Shown one piece after another: positions 59,762 through 64,000 of a stretch of DNA of 64,000 bases (its first letter is position 1; each line of letters begins with the position of its first letter). Both the position numbers and the translations under genes were made by a program. Where the stretch lies: positions 1-64,000 of the IMG/VR virus record IMGVR_UViG_3300044640_001495, one strand, 5' to 3'. The notes under the pieces were generated by a model. It ran no database searches, was not told the origin of the DNA, and saw nothing but the letters and a program-made list of their open reading frames with translations.

Positions 59762-60436
59762 CTAGATAATAGTAGATAGTTCAGCAGGAGTTAACTTAGG
59801 TGGCTCTGGAAAAGGACGTGGATCAGAAAACCCAACTGTTGTTGGTCCGTTGTTTACCGTTTCTCTTACTCGAGAGTCATTGGGTTGGCCAACAGATAGA
59901 AACACAATGGGCCATTCATTTTCTGCAAGACCTAAAATCTTGTGAGCTTGGTCTTCGAAAAAGCATGATGTAAAGGCAGTACGATATCCTAGAGATTCTG
60001 CTTGTATCATAGAAAAACTAGCAGCAATCATTGTATCTTTTTCAGAACGTGTTCGAACAGTATATTGTGTTTTAGGATCAGCAGATCTAGAAGATACATT
60101 TATTCCTTGTTCACGTACTGTAGTACCATTAGAAACAAGACCTAGGTCAAAGTTGTCTAAGATAGGAACTCCTATCCATGCTAACAGTAAAGGTGATTGG
60201 GCTGTTAGTAAATGTTTACGAATTGGCATGTTAATGAAACTGTCTAAGAACAGTTTATTTTTTAATTCAAGAGCTTTGTGGCTTTGAGTTAATGCAATAA
60301 CACGCCAAGGATATGCACGTTGCTTACTAGGGGCTGAACAACCAGCTGTTAGTATTGAGTCAATATGCTCTTGAGGTATAGCGTCATTAGTAAATGCTCG
60401 CTGTGTTCGTCGATTTAAAAAGATGTCTAACATCAA
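59762..60436 (-). CDS. nitroreductase-family flavoprotein inserted antisense in the tRNA array
   Basis: NRRTQRAF, I..IL.AG..APS...AYPW, MIQAESLGYRTAF and FLSVG. Confidence 0.8.
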   Translation of the reverse strand: MMLDIFLNRRTQRAFTNDAIPQEHIDSILTAGCSAPSKQRAYPWRVIALTQSHKALELKNKLFLDSFINMPIRKHLLTAQSPLLLAWIGVPILDNFDLGLVSNGTTVREQGINVSSRSADPKTQYTVRTRSEKDTMIAASFSMIQAESLGYRTAFTSCFFEDQAHKILGLAENEWPIVFLSVGQPNDSRVRETVNNGPTTVGFSDPRPFPEPPKLTPAELSTII

Positions 60437-60447
60437 GTATTTATTTT

Positions 60448-60521
60448 ATCGCTGTAGTGAAAAGATATCACAAGACCCTGCGAAGGTCTAAGTCCACGTT
60501 CAACTCGTGGCAGCGATACCA
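60448..60521 (+). tRNA. tRNA-Arg(GCG)
   Basis: agacc-CT GCG AA-ggtct; acceptor atcgctg/cagcgat; D-loop lacks GG; CCA. Confidence 0.82.
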
Positions 60522-60591
60522 AAATTAGTAAAATTCTATTACGTAAGATCCAAGCAAAGTGCAAGGATTGGCCATAACAAGGAGATATAAA

Positions 60592-60798
60592 ATGAAACCT
60601 ATTACTTTTAAAAATCGTTTAAACAACGAACGAGTAGTCTGTGAAGATTCTCGTCAAACTCAGAATATAGATGGCGTTGAGTATCTCTTGGTTCATCGCC
60701 CTGACAATCAACGACAGTTCCTTATGCGTAAGGATGTGTTAGAAAAAGTTAATGGTGTTGGTAGTGTAGTGGCTGCACGGCTGTCTGTGAAACAGTAA
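60592..60798 (+). CDS. small hypothetical protein whose C-terminus is read through tRNA-His
   Basis: AAGGAG RBS; MKPITFKNRLNNERVVCED...; stop lies inside the tRNA. Confidence 0.6.
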   Translation: MKPITFKNRLNNERVVCEDSRQTQNIDGVEYLLVHRPDNQRQFLMRKDVLEKVNGVGSVVAARLSVKQ

Positions 60799-60827
60799 GA
60801 GAGAGTTCGATTCTCCCCTTCACCCCA
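60754..60827 (+). tRNA. tRNA-His(GTG), atypical (two U-U pairs in acceptor stem)
   Basis: gctgt-CT GTG AA-acagt; G-1/C73; CCA. Confidence 0.72.
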
Positions 60828-60829
60828 AT

Positions 60830-60905
60830 GCCGCTTTAGCTGATGTGGTCATAGCACCGGTTTGAAGAACCGAGGAACTAGGTTCGATCCCTAGAGGCGG
60901 CACCA
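60830..60905 (+). tRNA. tRNA-Phe(GAA)
   Basis: cggt-TT GAA GA-accg; CCA. Confidence 0.88.
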
Positions 60906-60911
60906 AGATAT

Positions 60912-60995
60912 GTGAGCGTGGTGGAATGGTATACACAGCAGACTTAAAATCTGCCGCCTTCGGGATTGAGGGTTCAAGTCCCTCCGCTCATACCA
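60912..60995 (+). tRNA. tRNA-Leu(TAA)
   Basis: gcaga-CT TAA AA-tctgc; variable arm; CCA. Confidence 0.92.
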
Positions 60996-61002
60996 AATAA
61001 AT

Positions 61003-61094
61003 GCCAGCGAGACTTGGTAGTCAGAGAGGTTTTATAAACCTTTTAGCGCCAGATTAGCGTTCTTGAGAGGGTTCGATTCCCTCCGCTGGTACCA
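61003..61094 (+). tRNA. tRNA-Ile(TAT) with long variable arm
   Basis: gaggt-TT TAT AA-acctt; variable arm agcgc-cagatta-gcgtt; acceptor gccagcg/cgctggt; A73; CCA. Confidence 0.8.
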
Positions 61095-61124
61095 AATTAT
61101 TTTATAAGTTTTTTCATAAAGTTG

Positions 61125-61153
61125 TTGACACACAGGTGATTAGACTATATAAT
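61125..61153 (+). promoter_or_regulatory. sigma70-type promoter inside the tRNA array
   Basis: TTGACA-N17-TATAAT. Confidence 0.85.
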
Positions 61154-61175
61154 GTATATTATTAGTTAGAAATTT

Positions 61176-61259
61176 GCGCAAGTGGTGGAATGGTATACAC
61201 GCTGGTCTTAGAAGCCAGTGCCGAAAGGATTGAGAGTTCGAGTCTCTCCTTGCGCACCA
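61176..61259 (+). tRNA. tRNA-Leu(TAG)
   Basis: ctggt-CT TAG AA-gccag; variable arm; CCA. Confidence 0.92.
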
Positions 61260-61266
61260 TAGTTTA

Positions 61267-61342
61267 GGGTTCTTAGCTCAGTTGGTAGAGCGTCTGCCTT
61301 ACACGCAGAATGTCGTCAGTTCGACCCTGGCAGAACCCACCA
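61267..61342 (+). tRNA. tRNA-Val(TAC)
   Basis: tctgc-CT TAC AC-gcaga; CCA. Confidence 0.93.
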
Positions 61343-61350
61343 AGCAACAC

Positions 61351-61438
61351 GGAGCATTGGCCGACCGGTTAAGGCAACAGATTGCTAATCTGTCATTCAG
61401 TAATGGGTGAGTAGGTTCGATTCCTACATGCTCCGCCA
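61351..61438 (+). tRNA. tRNA-Ser(GCT)
   Basis: acaga-TT GCT AA-tctgt; long variable arm; CCA. Confidence 0.92.
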
Positions 61439-61441
61439 TAA

Positions 61442-61641
61442 CGTTCCGAGTGTCTTCGGATAGTGTGACCCACACGATGAGAAGTAGTGTGACAACTACG
61501 GGTGGTAGTCTTTAAACCCAAAGGCCGCTAGCAATGCGAGAACGGTCCCTGTCGGGAAGCGGGTGGAAGGTACGAGTGAGGGGTATGATAGCGTCATATC
61601 TTTCTGTACTATAATTACCGCCGGGGGATGCAGAGCAACCA
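61442..61641 (+). ncRNA. candidate ~200-nt structured RNA of unknown family in the tRNA array
   Basis: At least seven short stems, GC-richer than flanks, no ORF of 60 aa or more, ends in ACCA. Confidence 0.55.
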
Positions 61642-61662
61642 GATTTTAATAAAGGAAATACA

Positions 61663-61875
61663 ATGAAACCAGGTCCAAATTATAGAATGAGTGCTTTGAC
61701 TAAAGCAAGTCTAGCAATGAGTAGAGTTCTAGATCCGCACAAACGAGGTGAATGGAAACGTGCTATGATTGATGCTGAACTATGTGCTGCCGTGGTGCCA
61801 AAACGTGAACCACGCAAACAGGGAGGTGGTAATTTTACCACTCATGCATCCGGAACAGTATCCAGTGGAGGCTAA
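61663..61875 (+). CDS. small basic hypothetical protein
   Basis: AAGGA RBS; 70 aa. Confidence 0.6.
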   Translation: MKPGPNYRMSALTKASLAMSRVLDPHKRGEWKRAMIDAELCAAVVPKREPRKQGGGNFTTHASGTVSSGG

Positions 61876-61876
61876 C

Positions 61877-62026
61877 ATGCAAGTTCGAGTTAAAGAAAAT
61901 GCAGATCAGGTTGGTAAGTGTGGTTGCGGTCGTTCGCCTACTGGTAAGTGCATCGGTTGGCACGGACTAACCGAACAAGCATTTAAAGAAAAACTTCAAG
62001 AGTATAAACTCAACGAAGGTAAGTAA
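61877..62026 (+). CDS. CDGSH-like Fe-S / zinc-finger small protein
   Basis: GGAGG RBS; CGCGRSPTGKCIGWHG. Confidence 0.65.
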   Translation: MQVRVKENADQVGKCGCGRSPTGKCIGWHGLTEQAFKEKLQEYKLNEGK

Positions 62027-62032
62027 AATATT

Positions 62033-62107
62033 GGGCTGTTGGTATAGATGGGAACACAGTAGCTTTGCAAGCTTCAATCCCCGGTTCGATCCCGGGACGG
62101 TCCACCA
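62033..62107 (+). tRNA. tRNA-Ala(TGC)
   Basis: G3-U70 in gggctgt/acggtcc; TT TGC AA loop; CCA. Confidence 0.88.
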
Positions 62108-62124
62108 AGTTTTAAGTAAGTATT

Positions 62125-62198
62125 GCCCCTTTAGTATAATGGTATTACACCTGTTTTGTAATCAGGTTACGGCAGTTCGATTCTGTCAAGGGGCACCA
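62125..62198 (+). tRNA. tRNA-Thr(TGT)
   Basis: cctg(t)-TT TGT AA-(t)cagg; CCA. Confidence 0.9.
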
Positions 62199-62212
62199 TT
62201 TTTTAGGTACAT

Positions 62213-62830
62213 ATGAAATTTGCATATTTTAATCCAACTGTGATGGCTGTGGCCGATGTGCCGGCGGATGTATTCACCAATTTGAAAAGTCTAGTAGATA
62301 CTGCACATACCAAGACAGAACTCAATGATGAGGGTAATCCTGCTATTAGCATACGTGGCGGACAGCAGATTCAACTCTTGCCAAATCAATTCAATCTAGA
62401 CACAGGGCATATCAAACGCTATGTAGAAGCGCAGTGCCAGGAATACATGGATGCGCAGATCAAACAAAGCGGTCGCAACGATCTGTCAGCATTTCAACCC
62501 ATGTTGGTTTCAGCATGGACTATACGTCAGACTGCAGGCGACTATCAGGCCATGCACAATCATGAAGCACATATCAGCGGCAACATCTACATTGATGTTC
62601 CTGATCTTGATCTCACAGACAACATATCGGATGCTGTGATTGAGTTTAGATTGCCGGTGGTAAGAAACCCTGCACATTTTGTTTTTGTAGATCAATGGCG
62701 GTTTACCCCAAATCCCATGAAGATGATCATATTTCCCAGCTATATTCCACACACTGTGTATCCGTGGAAAGGCAAGGGCCACAGAACAATTTTGGCTTGG
62801 GATGTGAAATTAGTGGCAAAAAAGACTTGA
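62213..62830 (+). CDS. 2OG-Fe(II) oxygenase (TIGR02466-like)
   Basis: SAWT...GDYQAMHNH..ISGNIY, IFPSYIPHTVYP and RTILAWD. Confidence 0.82.
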   Translation: MKFAYFNPTVMAVADVPADVFTNLKSLVDTAHTKTELNDEGNPAISIRGGQQIQLLPNQFNLDTGHIKRYVEAQCQEYMDAQIKQSGRNDLSAFQPMLVSAWTIRQTAGDYQAMHNHEAHISGNIYIDVPDLDLTDNISDAVIEFRLPVVRNPAHFVFVDQWRFTPNPMKMIIFPSYIPHTVYPWKGKGHRTILAWDVKLVAKKT

Positions 62831-62855
62831 CATTTAGTCTAAAGAGTGCTATAAT
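62827..62855 (+). promoter_or_regulatory. sigma70-type promoter
   Basis: TTGACA-N17-TATAAT. Confidence 0.88.
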
Positions 62856-62862
62856 AGTTTTG

Positions 62863-63120
62863 TTGTGTAGCAATACATGACCGGTAAAGCGAAGGGTAGA
62901 TGAGAATAGACACAAAGGTGTGAGCTTCATGCTTACTCCAAACTTACAACCATCTGAACAATGGCCGTGTTTATGTGATCCGATCCCTAATAGAATGTCA
63001 TTTGTTAATCGGAAATATATGGACCTCTGTGTATTGTATTTTGCACATTGTCAACGAAGACTACAACTCTTCATTGTATATTGTCCGGTCTATTACTTGA
63101 CCTTTCGTTGACCCGTTATT
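62863..63120 (+). ncRNA. candidate structured RNA / long 5' leader upstream of the rpoZ-like gene
   Basis: Long-range pairings cgaagggt/acctttcg, aatagac/gtctatt and acacaaaggt/acctctgtgt, plus local hairpins. Confidence 0.45.
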
Positions 63121-63138
63121 TTTAACCTAAAGGAATAT

Positions 63139-63387
63139 ATGAACAAACAACTTTCATCAGAAGACGCAGTGGCAGCATACGGCGATAGATTTGAAATGGT
63201 ATTGGCTGCAAGTCAACGAGCTCGAGAGTTGAAAAACGGTCATGCTCCTAGAGTTGATAAAGGTAGTCATGGATTTATTGTTACTGCTCTAAACGAAATC
63301 GAACAGGGCAAGTATACTAGACTTGATTTTTTAAAAACTGTTAAAACAAAGAAGAAAGGACAACGTGATGAACATTTCCCTACGTAA
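63139..63387 (+). CDS. rpoZ: RNA polymerase omega subunit-like protein
   Basis: EDAV...GDRFEMVLAASQRARELKNG..P.V......IVTALNEIEQG. Confidence 0.8.
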   Translation: MNKQLSSEDAVAAYGDRFEMVLAASQRARELKNGHAPRVDKGSHGFIVTALNEIEQGKYTRLDFLKTVKTKKKGQRDEHFPT

Positions 63388-63940
63388 GGCAAACGCAGTT
63401 CAGAATTCGATCAATGAAGCAATCAAGGGTATTAAGATTGATACCAGCATTGAGATCAACGAGTTCCAGAACGCACAAGATGAGATTCAAAAGGCCAATA
63501 ACCTTTTGATCACAAATGATGGTCGCCGACAAAAGCTGTTGTTGGCCTTGTACAACATTCGCGGACTGGTTGGTACAGCCAACGCAAATTGCGGAATTGA
63601 CCTGTCATTGGCCAAGGCTGCGTTCATTGACAAGCGTGTCACACAGTTGACTGAAATAGCCACATTGAATCCAGTGAGTGACTTGGCTGTGGTCAACGGC
63701 AAGTTGGACAAGATCCGCAGCCGCAAAGAAGAAAGCCGTGCAAGTTTGTACGGCCGTGACGACACGGTATCTACCAGTGTTGTTGGACGAGATCAAATTG
63801 ATCAAGCCAAGGCAGAGATCCAAAATCTCAAGAAGCAGAAACAAAAACTCAATGATGAAGTTCTTGAGTTAAATATCAAAACTGAAATTCCACTCAGTGA
63901 TGATGTTGTAGCAACACTGCAAGCTGAAGGCTTGATCTAA
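63368..63940 (+). CDS. coiled-coil hypothetical protein
   Basis: 190 aa helical ORF with AAAGGA RBS. Confidence 0.65.
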   Translation: MNISLRKANAVQNSINEAIKGIKIDTSIEINEFQNAQDEIQKANNLLITNDGRRQKLLLALYNIRGLVGTANANCGIDLSLAKAAFIDKRVTQLTEIATLNPVSDLAVVNGKLDKIRSRKEESRASLYGRDDTVSTSVVGRDQIDQAKAEIQNLKKQKQKLNDEVLELNIKTEIPLSDDVVATLQAEGLI

Positions 63941-64000
63941 CAGACCCCGGGCGCCCTTGCCCGTTATACAAAGGGGGTGGGGCAGTCACCATAAAGAGTG

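Noticed and set aside
61442-61710. RNase P RNA
   Set aside because: Only two short S-domain-like words match. The GAGGAAAGUCC and ACAGAA..CGGCUUA P4 strands are not convincingly present, so it is kept as an unknown ncRNA.
1-64000. Alternative genetic code (stop-codon reassignment)
   Set aside because: Conserved genes (nrdA, nrdB, dnaK, cyclase) are full length under code 11, genes end in TAA, TAG and TGA, and no CUA or UCA suppressor tRNA was found.
63943-64000. GC-rich structured element or tRNA at the window end
   Set aside because: Truncated by the window boundary, with no T-loop or complete cloverleaf visible.

Overview
The window is a 64-kb segment of a large tailed dsDNA phage genome, T4-like or jumbo type. 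It is AT-rich, densely coding, mostly on the + strand, and reads cleanly with the standard code. Phage identity is supported by a PAAR spike protein, a tail beta-helix protein, a scaffold-like protein, NrdA/NrdB/glutaredoxin, repeated TAAATA late-promoter-like motifs and many canonical TTGACA-N17-TATAAT promoters. The window is rich in host-like genes: a PlcP-like phosphoesterase with GT2 and an acyl-lipid desaturase; AhpC/AhpD; a cold-shock protein; bS21; DnaK, Hsp20, ClpS and ClpP; heme oxygenase with a PcyX-type bilin reductase; an RpoZ-like omega subunit; and a CsgF-CsgG-curlin-FecR-curlin-CHASE2/adenylate cyclase module. RNA genes include a circularly permuted (two-piece) tmRNA with a 28-codon tag and 23 tRNAs, among them a long-variable-arm tRNA-Ile(UAU) and a tRNA-Arg(GCG). 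Several unexplained structured intergenic RNA candidates are also present. The best candidate for an undescribed system is a phage cAMP/surface-amyloid circuit: the curli export and cyclase module, tandem TGTT-N8-AACA boxes, a CRP-family-like palindrome at -41.5 of a surface-protein gene, and a 22/23-nt identical leader at both ends of the locus. A proteobacterial, possibly betaproteobacterial, host is an inference only. All family assignments come from motif recognition by eye; no database searches were run.
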